DNA of 64,000 nucleotides from Methanomethylovorans hollandica DSM 15978. GTDB lineage: Archaea > Halobacteriota > Methanosarcinia > Methanosarcinales > Methanosarcinaceae. The notes beneath the pieces were generated by a model. The model was not told where the DNA came from. It was given only the letters and a program-made list of their open reading frames with translations, and did not search any database. Every line of letters starts with the position of its first letter. Position 1 is the stretch's first letter. The position numbers were made by a program, and so were the translations under genes. This document shows positions 30,247 to 40,246 of this stretch, piece by piece. The stretch lies in assembly GCF_000328665.1 (NCBI RefSeq), contig NC_019977.1:1054001-1118000 (forward strand), given 5' to 3'.

Positions 30247-31428
30247 ATGTCAAAGAAAGTAGTGCTCGCTTATTCAGGGGGACTGGATACTTCCGTATGC
30301 ATCCCCATACTCAAGGAAGAATACGGTTACGATAAGGTCATTACAGTGTCCGTGGATGTCGGGCAGCCCAGGCAGGAAGTACTGGAAGCTGAACAAAAGG
30401 CAAAGAAGATCAGTGACGGACACTATACCATCGATGCCAGGGAAGAGTTTGTGAAGGATTACATCTTCCCTCTGATCAAGGCTAATGGTGACTATGAGGG
30501 TTATGTGATGGGCACTTCCGTGGCCCGTCCGCTCATTGCCAGGAAGGTCGTGGAAGTTGCAGAGAAAGAGGGTGCAGTGGCACTTGCTCATGGCTGTACA
30601 GGTAAGGGTAACGACCAGTTAAGGTTCGAGGCTGTTTTCAGGCTCACCAGTCTGGATGTTGTGGCACCCATGAGGGATATGAACCTCACCCGTGAGTGGG
30701 AGATCGACTATGCAAAGCAGCACGGTATCCCCGTAGCAGTCACCAGTGCCAAGCCTTGGAGCATTGATGAGAACATCTGGAGTCGCAGCATCGAGGGTGG
30801 TAAGCTGGAAGATCCGGCTTTCATCCCTCCTGAGGAAATATATCAGTGGACAGTATCCCCAGAGAAGGCACCTGAAGCTCAGACCGTTGTGATCGGCTTT
30901 GAGAAGGGTGTACCAGTGTCCCTGGACGGCAGGAACCTTGGTGGTGTGGAGCTTATAGAGCAGCTTAACAAAATCGCTGGTTCCCATGGCGTGGGCCGTA
31001 CTGATATGATCGAGGACCGTGTGCTGGGACTTAAGGCCAGGGAAAATTATGAACACCCTGCTGCTACTGTATTGCTCACAGCCCACAGGGATCTGGAGAA
31101 ACTGGTGCTTACAAGGCTTGAGCTGAAGTTCAAGAAGAGCGTGGATGAGCAGTGGTCCGAGCTTGCCTATTCCGGTCTTGTGGACGAACCCTTGTACCAA
31201 GACCTGAACGCTTTCATCGACAAGACCCAGGAACGTGTTACAGGTACTGTCACCCTGAAGCTCTATAAGGGCAGTGTCACACCCCTGGCACGTACATCGC
31301 CATATGCTCTGTACTCCGAGGATCTCGTATCCTTCGACACGTCTTCCATCGATCAGAAGGATGCCGAAGGCTTCGCCAAGTATCACGGTTTCCAGGCACG
31401 ATTGTATAAACGGGTTGTTGAGAAGTAA
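30247..31428 (+). CDS. argG: Argininosuccinate synthase
   Basis: [45 protein letters not shown]. Confidence 0.97.
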   Translation: MSKKVVLAYSGGLDTSVCIPILKEEYGYDKVITVSVDVGQPRQEVLEAEQKAKKISDGHYTIDAREEFVKDYIFPLIKANGDYEGYVMGTSVARPLIARKVVEVAEKEGAVALAHGCTGKGNDQLRFEAVFRLTSLDVVAPMRDMNLTREWEIDYAKQHGIPVAVTSAKPWSIDENIWSRSIEGGKLEDPAFIPPEEIYQWTVSPEKAPEAQTVVIGFEKGVPVSLDGRNLGGVELIEQLNKIAGSHGVGRTDMIEDRVLGLKARENYEHPAATVLLTAHRDLEKLVLTRLELKFKKSVDEQWSELAYSGLVDEPLYQDLNAFIDKTQERVTGTVTLKLYKGSVTPLARTSPYALYSEDLVSFDTSSIDQKDAEGFAKYHGFQARLYKRVVEK

Positions 31429-31708
31429 GATCGTATGCCAGGAAGGCGTATGATTTATTTTTTTTCTTAATTACTTTTCAATACCTATGATTTTCTGTTT
31501 TTTATAAAAAGCTCTTTTACTTTTACAGGAATGTCATATGCAACGCATTCTTCAGCAAAATATCTGCCTTATTATTGCTTGTTTATATGGTCTGGGGGTT
31601 TTGCTCCACAAGATGCTTCAGATAAGTGTTCCTTAAAAAAGATATGGACAATATTTAAATTCATTGAAAGCAAATAATAGCATTCTTTAACGTTAAAGGA
31701 GGATTTTT

Positions 31709-31936
31709 TTGAAACAAGAAGTAATTGATCAATTAGCTGCTCTTATAACTGCAGCGTTTGGGCTGATAGCTGCTCTGGCATGGAACGATGCTATAAAGTC
31801 ATTGTTCGCAGAGGGAGGAGCACTTTATTTCCTTGCTGCATCGGGTATATGGGCATATGCAGTTTTTGTAACTATCCTTGCAGTCTTAATGACCTTGTGG
31901 ATAGGAGGACTTACAGAAAAGTCAAAAAAAGAATGA
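31709..31936 (+). CDS. Small two-TM membrane protein (DUF5654-like)
   Basis: LITAAFGLIAALAWNDAIK, YAVFVTILAV; GGAGG RBS and TTG start. Confidence 0.75.
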   Translation: MKQEVIDQLAALITAAFGLIAALAWNDAIKSLFAEGGALYFLAASGIWAYAVFVTILAVLMTLWIGGLTEKSKKE

Positions 31937-32033
31937 GAAATATATTTTTCATTACACTATAATTATTATTATAACTATTTGCTTCTTTTTTTAATTTTTT
32001 CTCCAAAACTCCAATATATGTTCTCTTAATTAA

Positions 32034-32570
32034 TTATGACCAATCTTTTCTCTTCAGACCTTTAATGATAGAGAAACCAAGAACTGCAAGTATAGCTTCA
32101 AATCCCGGAGACTTCGGTACTTCTGTGGTGGCATTTACAGGAAATTCGGGGCTTGGATCCTCACGACTATCATCTGTAATTTCAGTGGTCTGTTGTTGCT
32201 TAGTTTCGTTGGCTATTGTTCCGGATGATGTCTGAGGACCATCCTGTGGACCACCCTGCGGATAGTCTTTAGGATCTCCCGGAAAGGCCAGAGCATTGAT
32301 CTCTTCAAGATTTGTGAAACCATCGTTGTCCGAATCAAAGTTCTCTATCGATGCAAAGTTCCTTCCACTTTCAGAAAATGCAATACCATATGGATTTCTG
32401 GGGGACCCTCCGCCTGAAGTATGGCAGGTGTTACACGAATCAAGCTTTGTGCTATCTGTGTTGTATTTTTGTTTGAAGGCTACAAAATAAGTGGGTCTTG
32501 CTGCTGCCACAGACATACCGATCAAAAGGACCAAAGTTACCAACAACACTATTGTCAGTCTATAGTTCAT
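32034..32570 (-). CDS. Secreted PGF-CTERM protein with one CxxCH haem-binding motif and a DxDxDG Ca-binding loop
   Basis: Signal peptide, SCNTCH, RNPYG, DSDNDGFTNLEEI..FPGD, Thr/Pro/Gln-rich linker, SPGFEAILAVLGFSII.GLKRK. Confidence 0.8.
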   Translation of the reverse strand: MNYRLTIVLLVTLVLLIGMSVAAARPTYFVAFKQKYNTDSTKLDSCNTCHTSGGGSPRNPYGIAFSESGRNFASIENFDSDNDGFTNLEEINALAFPGDPKDYPQGGPQDGPQTSSGTIANETKQQQTTEITDDSREDPSPEFPVNATTEVPKSPGFEAILAVLGFSIIKGLKRKDWS

Positions 32571-32736
32571 TTTATTACCTCGGATACGAGCATTCTGATT
32601 ATAAGTAAGGATCTGGAAGATATTTAGTTGCTCTTATGAATTTCAAAGCTCGGAACTTCAAAGAATATATCACTATTAATCATTGAAGATGCGTAAACTA
32701 TAAGTATAGTTGGTGTGGTATGCATCATGATAAATC

Positions 32737-32853
32737 ATGATAGAAATAAACGGACACGAAACAGAAATGACACAAATTGTCACCACACTGATAACAATGG
32801 CCACAGCAGTACTTGCGTACTACTCCTTTTTCCGTTATCATGGAGTGATCTGA
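32737..32853 (+). CDS. Candidate 38-aa single-TM small protein (not in ORF track)
   Basis: MIEINGHETEMTQIVTTLITMATAVLAYYSFFRYHGVI*; TATA-like AAACTATAAGTA ~35 nt upstream. Confidence 0.4.
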   Translation: MIEINGHETEMTQIVTTLITMATAVLAYYSFFRYHGVI

Positions 32854-33237
32854 TGACAGAGCATTACCGTTCACATGATATTCTTTTGTCAATTAATTCT
32901 ATTCTTTTTTTCGACATCGGAACTTGAAGTTGATCAATTGATCCGTATTTTTTTGCATAGATATCATTCATGACTTTGCGTTCCTTAACCCCGGAGTTAT
33001 CTCTGAAATATGGTAAGTAGCTTCCATAGATGCAGTTATGTTTCATTGTGAAAGAGAAAACGCTAAATAACGAGTAGAATATGAAGTAAATAATGAATAG
33101 AATATGAAGATATTTATGCCAGTTATAAGAAGAACATTGCCATTTCAGGTTTGTTGTAACCATCCCGGTTAGAATCCGGGTCTCAGCTTTTGTTCGGTCG
33201 ATCAATCCCATTTAATCAGATGAAAATTGCGAATATT

Positions 33238-34533
33238 ATGACAACACAAAATTACAGATTAGGAACACTTGCACTGCATGCCGGACAGAAACCGGACCCG
33301 ACAACAGGAGCACGTGCTGTACCCATATATCAGACAACATCTTATGTTTTCCGTGACAGCGATCACGCTGCTGATCTTTTCGCTCTCAAGGAACTTGGAA
33401 ACATATATACCAGGATCATGAACCCGACAACGGATGTGCTGGAGAAGCGCATAGCTGCCATCGAAGGTGGCACAGGTGCACTTGCCGTTGCATCCGGCTC
33501 AGCGGCTATAACCTATGCCCTGTTAGCTATTACACAGCCAGGTGATGAGATCGTATCCGGTAACAATCTTTACGGGGGGACATACGAACTGCTCAACTAC
33601 ACTTTCCCAAAGCTGGGCAGGAAAGCTGTTTTTGTGGATTCCGCTGACCCCGATGCTTTCAGGAAGGCCGTCAACGCAAGGACACGAGCCATCTACATTG
33701 AATCTGTAGGTAATCCCAAACTGGATATTCCCGATTTCCAGGTAATTGCAGATATTGCTCATGCGGCCGGAGTGCCACTTGTTGTGGATAATACGACTGC
33801 TGTAGGACTTGTGCGGCCCATTGAGCATGGAGCAGACATTGTTGTACACTCTGCTACAAAGTTCATAGGAGGACACGGGACTTCCATCGGTGGTTCGATC
33901 GTGGATTCCGGCAAGTTTGCCTGGAACAACGGCAAATTCCCGGAACTAACGGAACCTGATCCCAGTTATCATGGTCTTAAGTACTGGGACACCTTCTCCG
34001 ACTTCCCGGGACTTGGTAACGTAGCGTTCATATTCAAAGTAAGGCTGCAGCTGCTCAGGGATACAGGTGCTGCCATCTCTCCATTCAATTCTTTCCTGTT
34101 AATACAGGGGCTTGAGACATTGCATCTGAGGATACCAAGGCACTCAGAGAATGCCTCTAGGGTGGCGGAGTATCTATCCGTGCATCCCAAGGTATCATGG
34201 GTGAACTATCCGGGTTTACCGAACCATCCAAGCCATGAGCTTGCATCCAGGTATCTCAAAGGAGGCTATGGTGCACTCATGGGATTTGGTGTAAAGGGTG
34301 GTGCAGAAGCTGGAAAACGTTTCATCGACCAGCTTAAGCTGTTCTCACATCTTGCTAACATTGGTGATTCTAAGAGCCTTGTCATCCACCCGGCTACCAC
34401 CACGCACCAGCAGCTGACACCGGAAGAACAGATGGCTACAGGCGTTACGCCGGATTATATACGTCTCTCCATAGGTATCGAGGACATTGCAGATATCATC
34501 GCAGACCTTGAGCAGGCCCTTGAAAAGGTGTGA
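33238..34533 (+). CDS. metY: O-acetylhomoserine aminocarboxypropyltransferase (sulfhydrylase)
   Basis: [34 protein letters not shown] (PLP Lys), [20 protein letters not shown]; likely start MTTQN at 33238. Confidence 0.95.
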   Translation: MTTQNYRLGTLALHAGQKPDPTTGARAVPIYQTTSYVFRDSDHAADLFALKELGNIYTRIMNPTTDVLEKRIAAIEGGTGALAVASGSAAITYALLAITQPGDEIVSGNNLYGGTYELLNYTFPKLGRKAVFVDSADPDAFRKAVNARTRAIYIESVGNPKLDIPDFQVIADIAHAAGVPLVVDNTTAVGLVRPIEHGADIVVHSATKFIGGHGTSIGGSIVDSGKFAWNNGKFPELTEPDPSYHGLKYWDTFSDFPGLGNVAFIFKVRLQLLRDTGAAISPFNSFLLIQGLETLHLRIPRHSENASRVAEYLSVHPKVSWVNYPGLPNHPSHELASRYLKGGYGALMGFGVKGGAEAGKRFIDQLKLFSHLANIGDSKSLVIHPATTTHQQLTPEEQMATGVTPDYIRLSIGIEDIADIIADLEQALEKV

Positions 34534-36017
34534 ACATGCACAGATCGGTCGGTATAACAAGAATAGAACACCTGACATTTGATGAGCCACTGTCCCTTGA
34601 AAGTGGTGCACGCCTTAGTCCTGTTACGATAGCCTATGAAACCTACGGCAGGCTAAACAGAGAGAAGAACAATGCGATCCTTGTCTGCCACGCTTTTTCC
34701 GGGAATGCTCATGCTGCGGGTTATCATGTGGGGGAGGACCGACCGGGGTGGTGGGATGCGATCATCGGTCCGGGTAAATCACTGGACACAGATGATTATT
34801 TTGTTATCTGTTCCAACATACTCGGAGGATGCAACGGCACAACAGGACCGGCATCCATTGACCCGAAAACCGGAGAAAGATACGATCTTTCTTTTCCCAT
34901 AATCACTGTTGGGGACATAGTTAACCTGCAGAAACGTCTTATTGATCACTTTGGTATACAACAGCTTCTGGCTGTGGTGGGAGGATCAATGGGTGGCATG
35001 CAGGCTTTACAGTGGTCGGTCTCCTATCCGGAAATGGTACGCAAGGTTGTTGCAATAGCGACAACAGCCAGATCCACTCCCCAGCAGATAGCTTTCAATG
35101 AAGTAGGCAGGCAGGCCATTATGTCCGATCCCAAATGGAACAAAGGAGAATACTCCAGTGGTACTATCCCGGAAAACGGTCTGGCACTTGCGCGGATGAT
35201 AGGGCATATTACCTACCTGTCGGATGCCTCAATGCACAACAAATTTGGCCGGAATCTGCAGAACAAAGAGGCAATAGGATATGATTTCTCCACTGAGTTC
35301 CAGGTTCAAAGTTATTTGCACCATCAGGGGGAATCATTTACCAGAAGGTTCGATGCGAATTCCTACCTGTATATCACAAAAGCCATAGATTATTTTGATC
35401 TTAGTGTTAATGGTTCTCTGGCTGAGGGATTTTCAAAAGCTGGATCTGCCTTTCTGGTGATCTCGGTGACTTCTGACTGGCTTTATCCGCCATATCAGTC
35501 AGAGGAAATCGTAAGTGCATTGACTGCTAACGATATTGAGGTGCAGTACTGTGAGATACGCTCTAACTATGGTCATGATGCTTTCCTGCTGGAGTCTGGA
35601 CAGCTGAACTATATGATTCTCCAGTTCCTTGACAGGTTACTGGTCCACGATGTGATGGCGGCCAGTCCGACCATCAATGGGCAGTCTTCTATTAACGATG
35701 CCGCCAGGATAATGATAGAGAATGGAGTGAACCATCTGCCTGTTATAGGAAACGACGGCCAGCTTGCAGGCATTGTCACCTCCTGGGACATAGCCAAGGC
35801 TGTGGCCTGCGGATATCAGGACCTTGATCAGATCATCTCCCGTCATGTATTTACTGCAACTCCTGAAGAATCCATTGCCAAAGTTGCCAAGCTGATGGAA
35901 GAAAAAGCCATTTCAGCTCTTCCTGTAGTTGATGAACACAATCAGCTGGTAGGAATTGTTTCAAGTGATAGCCTAAGCACATTGCTGGGACGATGCACAC
36001 AGCCAAAGAGAGCATAA
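34530..36017 (+). CDS. metX: Homoserine O-acetyltransferase with C-terminal CBS pair
   Basis: [44 protein letters not shown]; then two CBS domains (NHLPV...GIVT, SALPVV...GIVS). Confidence 0.93.
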   Translation: MNMHRSVGITRIEHLTFDEPLSLESGARLSPVTIAYETYGRLNREKNNAILVCHAFSGNAHAAGYHVGEDRPGWWDAIIGPGKSLDTDDYFVICSNILGGCNGTTGPASIDPKTGERYDLSFPIITVGDIVNLQKRLIDHFGIQQLLAVVGGSMGGMQALQWSVSYPEMVRKVVAIATTARSTPQQIAFNEVGRQAIMSDPKWNKGEYSSGTIPENGLALARMIGHITYLSDASMHNKFGRNLQNKEAIGYDFSTEFQVQSYLHHQGESFTRRFDANSYLYITKAIDYFDLSVNGSLAEGFSKAGSAFLVISVTSDWLYPPYQSEEIVSALTANDIEVQYCEIRSNYGHDAFLLESGQLNYMILQFLDRLLVHDVMAASPTINGQSSINDAARIMIENGVNHLPVIGNDGQLAGIVTSWDIAKAVACGYQDLDQIISRHVFTATPEESIAKVAKLMEEKAISALPVVDEHNQLVGIVSSDSLSTLLGRCTQPKRA

Positions 36018-36371
36018 ATGAAAAAGAACGTGCCATCTGAAAGTCAGATTGCTTTCAGGTGCAACAGAAGAGCAGACAGTTCCAGACGATACACTGCTAT
36101 GTAATGATGACGAATTGCAGATAATTCAGTTTGTTCACGACGGGTGAAAAAAAGCATCATCTTTCTTTTTTTTCCTGTACTAGTTCCTGCTATCCGTATA
36201 TTCTATTTACAGTAAAATATTAATTACTTATTTATAGTATTGTTTGTATTAAATACTTAAACAATGAAATTTACTATTCTGTGGCCAAAGCCTCTCTCAA
36301 ATAGATCCTTTCATAGTTTTTTGGATCTAAGCGGGTGTCTCACAGCATACGGCTGGAAATAAATTGATATA

Positions 36372-38231
36372 TTGGATGAAAATATGGACAATCTCAAACC
36401 CCGGTTCACTGTACTTGTTGTAGATGATGAACCCGTAAACGTAGAACTTCTGGAAGCTTATTTACATTCAGAACATGACGTGATCACTGCTTTCAACGGG
36501 TTTGAAGCAATCGACAATGCGCATAATAAAAAACCTGATCTGATACTTCTTGATATAATGATGCCTGATATCAATGGATTTGAAGTATGCAAGATACTCA
36601 AAAGTTCTAAAGATACTGCTCACATTCCAATCATAATGGTCACTGCACTCTCCAACCGTGACGAGCGTGCACGTGCAATAGAAGTCGGTACAGATGACTT
36701 CTTGTCAAAGCCAGTTGATAGGCTGACCCTAAAGACCCGGGTCAACTCACTATTGCGACTTAAATCACTTCAGGACGAGATCCTCAGAGAAAGAGACCAG
36801 GCACAGAACTATCTGGATGTTGCAGGTGTGATGTTCCTTGTGCTGGACAATGAAAAGCATGTAAAGCTTATTAATAAGAAAGGGTGCCAAATAATCGGGT
36901 ATACTGAAGAAGAGGTCATTGGAAAGAACTGGGTAAATCATTTCATACCGGCATACTTAAGGGATGAGGTCGATAAACTCCATTCTGATCTCATTACATC
37001 TTCTGTTTCCGGTAATAATCTTGTAGAGAACTCATGTCTCACGAGTATGGGAACAGAGAGGATCATCAGATGGAACAATGTGGCTCTCAGGGATACTGAT
37101 GGTAATGTTATCGGTACGCTCAGTTCCGGTGAGGACATCACTGAAGCAAAGAAAGCAGAGTTACTTATAAACATCCAGAAGATAGCAATGGATGCAGCCA
37201 CAGATGGTCTGTCTATCCTCAATGAAAGGTCAGAGATGGTCTATATCAATGAAGCACATGCAAGAATGTACGGATATGATTCTCCTTCTGAACTTCTGGG
37301 TAAAACATGGGATATACTGTACGATCCTGTTGACCTTGAGATATTTAAAACACGATACATGCCGGAATTGTTGCAAAAGGGCAAGTGGACAGGAGAGAAC
37401 AGAGGAAGGAAAAAGGATGGTACATTCTTCTTCCAGGAAGTATCCCTTACAGGCCTTGACAATGGGAGAAATGTGTGCATAGTACGGGACATAACATCCC
37501 GTAAGGAAGCAGAGAACAGATTGCAGGAATATGCACGCAATCTTAAGCGTTCTAATGAACTGAAGGACCTTTTTATTGATATCATGAGCCATGATATCCT
37601 CAATCCGGCAGGTGTGGCCAGGGGTTTTACAGAGATACTTCAATGTATAGAAACAGATAAAGCTAAACTTCACAAACTTAGTATCGTTGAGAAGAGCATT
37701 TCCAAGATACTGGATACTATAACCAGCGCTGCAAACCTCGCAAGGCTTGAAAGTGTTGAAGAGGTCGAATTCATAGAACTTGACCTCAATTCAATGATCC
37801 TTGAAGCTATTGATGCTTATAAATATGAAATACTCGCATCTGGATTACAAATAGAATATCAGGAAAGTGGCCCTTATTACGCACGGGCCAATCCCATGAT
37901 AAGTGGTGTGATAACAAATCTCCTTTCTAATGCCTTGAAATACGGTTCCAAAGGCGGCAAGATCCTAATAAGGGTCGAAGATTTCAATAAAGAATGGAAA
38001 GTGATACTCACTGACTTTGGAGATGGGATATCAGACACTGATAAAAATTCTGTGTTCCAGCGATTCAAGAGGCTAAACGTAGGTGACATTCAGGGACATG
38101 GGCTTGGGCTTGCTATTGTGAAGAGAACTGTAGATCTGCATGGAGGCAGGGTTGGTGTAGAGGACAACCCTGATGCTACAGGTACTCAGTTCTGGTTCAC
38201 AGTTAAGAAAAGTCTGGCAGACCCTGTTTAA
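36372..38231 (+). CDS. Hybrid sensor kinase: REC - PAS - PAS - histidine kinase
   Basis: VLVVDDE, DLILLDIMMP, FLSKP; two PAS/PAC segments; H-box MSHDILNP; N box NLLSNALKY; D.GDGI, GHGLGLAIV. Confidence 0.92.
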   Translation: MDENMDNLKPRFTVLVVDDEPVNVELLEAYLHSEHDVITAFNGFEAIDNAHNKKPDLILLDIMMPDINGFEVCKILKSSKDTAHIPIIMVTALSNRDERARAIEVGTDDFLSKPVDRLTLKTRVNSLLRLKSLQDEILRERDQAQNYLDVAGVMFLVLDNEKHVKLINKKGCQIIGYTEEEVIGKNWVNHFIPAYLRDEVDKLHSDLITSSVSGNNLVENSCLTSMGTERIIRWNNVALRDTDGNVIGTLSSGEDITEAKKAELLINIQKIAMDAATDGLSILNERSEMVYINEAHARMYGYDSPSELLGKTWDILYDPVDLEIFKTRYMPELLQKGKWTGENRGRKKDGTFFFQEVSLTGLDNGRNVCIVRDITSRKEAENRLQEYARNLKRSNELKDLFIDIMSHDILNPAGVARGFTEILQCIETDKAKLHKLSIVEKSISKILDTITSAANLARLESVEEVEFIELDLNSMILEAIDAYKYEILASGLQIEYQESGPYYARANPMISGVITNLLSNALKYGSKGGKILIRVEDFNKEWKVILTDFGDGISDTDKNSVFQRFKRLNVGDIQGHGLGLAIVKRTVDLHGGRVGVEDNPDATGTQFWFTVKKSLADPV

Positions 38232-38233
38232 GA

Positions 38234-40246
38234 TCATCTCCTCATTTTTTTAAGTAGCACATCCTCAGAATATGCACGCAGGATCTCGGCCACGCTCCAG
38301 GCCTGAGCCACACATCCACCGGGCAGATGGGGCTCATCACCATCGCATATCTCTGAGATACTACCAATGCCCGCTTCTGCCAGATGGGGTATGAAACCGT
38401 CCAGCAGTTCTTTAGCATACATCCTGCTCCTTAAGGAGTGTCCTCTTGTTCTGCAGTAGGCTGACACAAAAGGTCCCATGAGCCAGGGCCATACGGTCCC
38501 ATTATGATAGGCCATATCTCTCTGAAGCAGGCCACCTTCATATTTCCCAACATAGGCAGTTTCATAGGGAGCCAGTGTCCTTAAGCCTCTGGAAGTCAGC
38601 AAATGCTGCTGCACTTTTCTTACAATGCTCTTTTCCTTTCCAGCATCGAGCATGCAATGGGGCAGTGATACTGCTAATATCTGATTAGGTCTTAATGCAC
38701 TATCTTTATATTCAATTCCTTGTGGATCGTAACCAATATAATCATAAAGACATCCCTGTTCTTCATTCCAGAAGGCTGGTTCAAAATTCTCACTTACTTT
38801 TTCCGCCATTTCTGCAAGATCAGTATCATCTTTGCCAAGCCGTGCAGCCACCTTTGAGGCAATGACCAGTGCATTGTACCACAATGCATTGATCTCGCAT
38901 GCTTTGCCTTTACGCGGCGTGATCTCAACATCATCGACTTTTGCATCCATCCATGTCAGTTGACCATCATGGCAAAGCAGATGATCGGTATCAGTTTTTA
39001 TACCGAACTTCGTTCCTCTGGAATAGTAGCGAATGAGGTCTTCCACCGTATTCCACATCTTTGCCACGGTTTGTATGTCATTGGTATACTCCAGATATTT
39101 CCATAATGCATTGATGAACCACAGAGAAGCATCCACAGTGTTATATGCATAGCTATCGGTACTGCGGTCAGGGAATTTGTTAGGTATAAGCCCTTCCCTG
39201 CAATTCTTTGCAAAAGTGGAGAGTATACTTGCAGCTATATCATATCTGCCTGTTACAAGTGTAAGGCCGGGCAATGAGATCATAGTATCTCTTCCCCAGT
39301 CTGCAAACCATGGATAGCCTGCTATTATCGAATGCTTTCCAGTTGAATGGCGCATGACAACGAACTTGTCGGCAGCTAATGTAAGTTTAAGAGGGAGCAC
39401 TTCTGTGAAACCCGGTTTCTGGCAGATCATTGCAATGCGTTTCTTTTCAGTTTCATACGCCTTGCGTACGGAAGATAAAGAGATGTCATTAATCTTTTCA
39501 GCAGATGCGACTATAAAGATCTCATTGTTTCCCTGAGCCAGTTCCACTTCAAAGTAGCCTGGATGGAAACAGTCCTCACGGAAATCATAACCTCTTTTCA
39601 TTTCAAGAGGATATTCAAAGTTGTAGTACCAGTCAACATAAGGAATGTAAGCAGCATTCGAGGTAAGATGCAGTTCTATCTTGCTGCCTTCTGGAGTATA
39701 GGTCTTCAGCGATGTGCCATGTCGTAATGTGCTCTGCGATATTCCGTCATGCCTTTGTGTCAATCCATGAAAATCCCTCATGTTCACAAGGGGATGAATG
39801 CGCATTGTACAGCTTGCTTTTTCGGGAGGCACATGAATGTTATACCCGAAGAATGCCTTGTTCTTTCCATGTTCCATGAACAATGTCTTATTTATCTGTA
39901 TACCATCCACATCGTATTCCCATGATGGTACAGGTTTCTCAGTGAATATCTTGATATATTTGAAGCCCTGCGGATGGACAGCATCAGAGTATCTATGGCA
40001 GGCAAGTTCTTGTGCAACGTTATTGATAAGTATCTCTTCATCAAGGGCTGACAAAAGCACCATCCTGTCGACCGGAGGCTCCATAGATGCTACTAATAAT
40101 CCGTGATATTTTCTGGTGTTCATAAAAGACAGAGTAGAAGAGGCATATCCTCCCAACCCGTTAGTCACCAGCCATTCTTTCTGGCATAATTCACTTCTAT
40201 TGTCCCTCCCGGCAGAGAATATGTTCTCTTCAGATCTTTGCATCAC
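38234..40246 (-). CDS. Glycogen debranching enzyme (amylo-alpha-1,6-glucosidase, GH133-like)
   Basis: EWLVTNGLGGYAS..TRKYHGLL, IIAGYPWFADWGRDTMISLPGL, YNTVDASLW, LTWMDAKV, EINALWYNAL, YHNGTVWPW, QAWSVAE. Confidence 0.93.
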   Translation of the reverse strand: MMQRSEENIFSAGRDNRSELCQKEWLVTNGLGGYASSTLSFMNTRKYHGLLVASMEPPVDRMVLLSALDEEILINNVAQELACHRYSDAVHPQGFKYIKIFTEKPVPSWEYDVDGIQINKTLFMEHGKNKAFFGYNIHVPPEKASCTMRIHPLVNMRDFHGLTQRHDGISQSTLRHGTSLKTYTPEGSKIELHLTSNAAYIPYVDWYYNFEYPLEMKRGYDFREDCFHPGYFEVELAQGNNEIFIVASAEKINDISLSSVRKAYETEKKRIAMICQKPGFTEVLPLKLTLAADKFVVMRHSTGKHSIIAGYPWFADWGRDTMISLPGLTLVTGRYDIAASILSTFAKNCREGLIPNKFPDRSTDSYAYNTVDASLWFINALWKYLEYTNDIQTVAKMWNTVEDLIRYYSRGTKFGIKTDTDHLLCHDGQLTWMDAKVDDVEITPRKGKACEINALWYNALVIASKVAARLGKDDTDLAEMAEKVSENFEPAFWNEEQGCLYDYIGYDPQGIEYKDSALRPNQILAVSLPHCMLDAGKEKSIVRKVQQHLLTSRGLRTLAPYETAYVGKYEGGLLQRDMAYHNGTVWPWLMGPFVSAYCRTRGHSLRSRMYAKELLDGFIPHLAEAGIGSISEICDGDEPHLPGGCVAQAWSVAEILRAYSEDVLLKKMRR

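Noticed and set aside
32860..33237. SAM-riboswitch-like leader before metY, and the 115-aa minus-strand ORF
   Set aside because: No S-box consensus; the ORF has no family features
36034..36165. Hairpin (36034-36061) and ATGATGA box-C-like word after metX as a C/D sRNA
   Set aside because: No correctly placed CTGA box D; the hairpin alone is compatible with a 3' UTR structure
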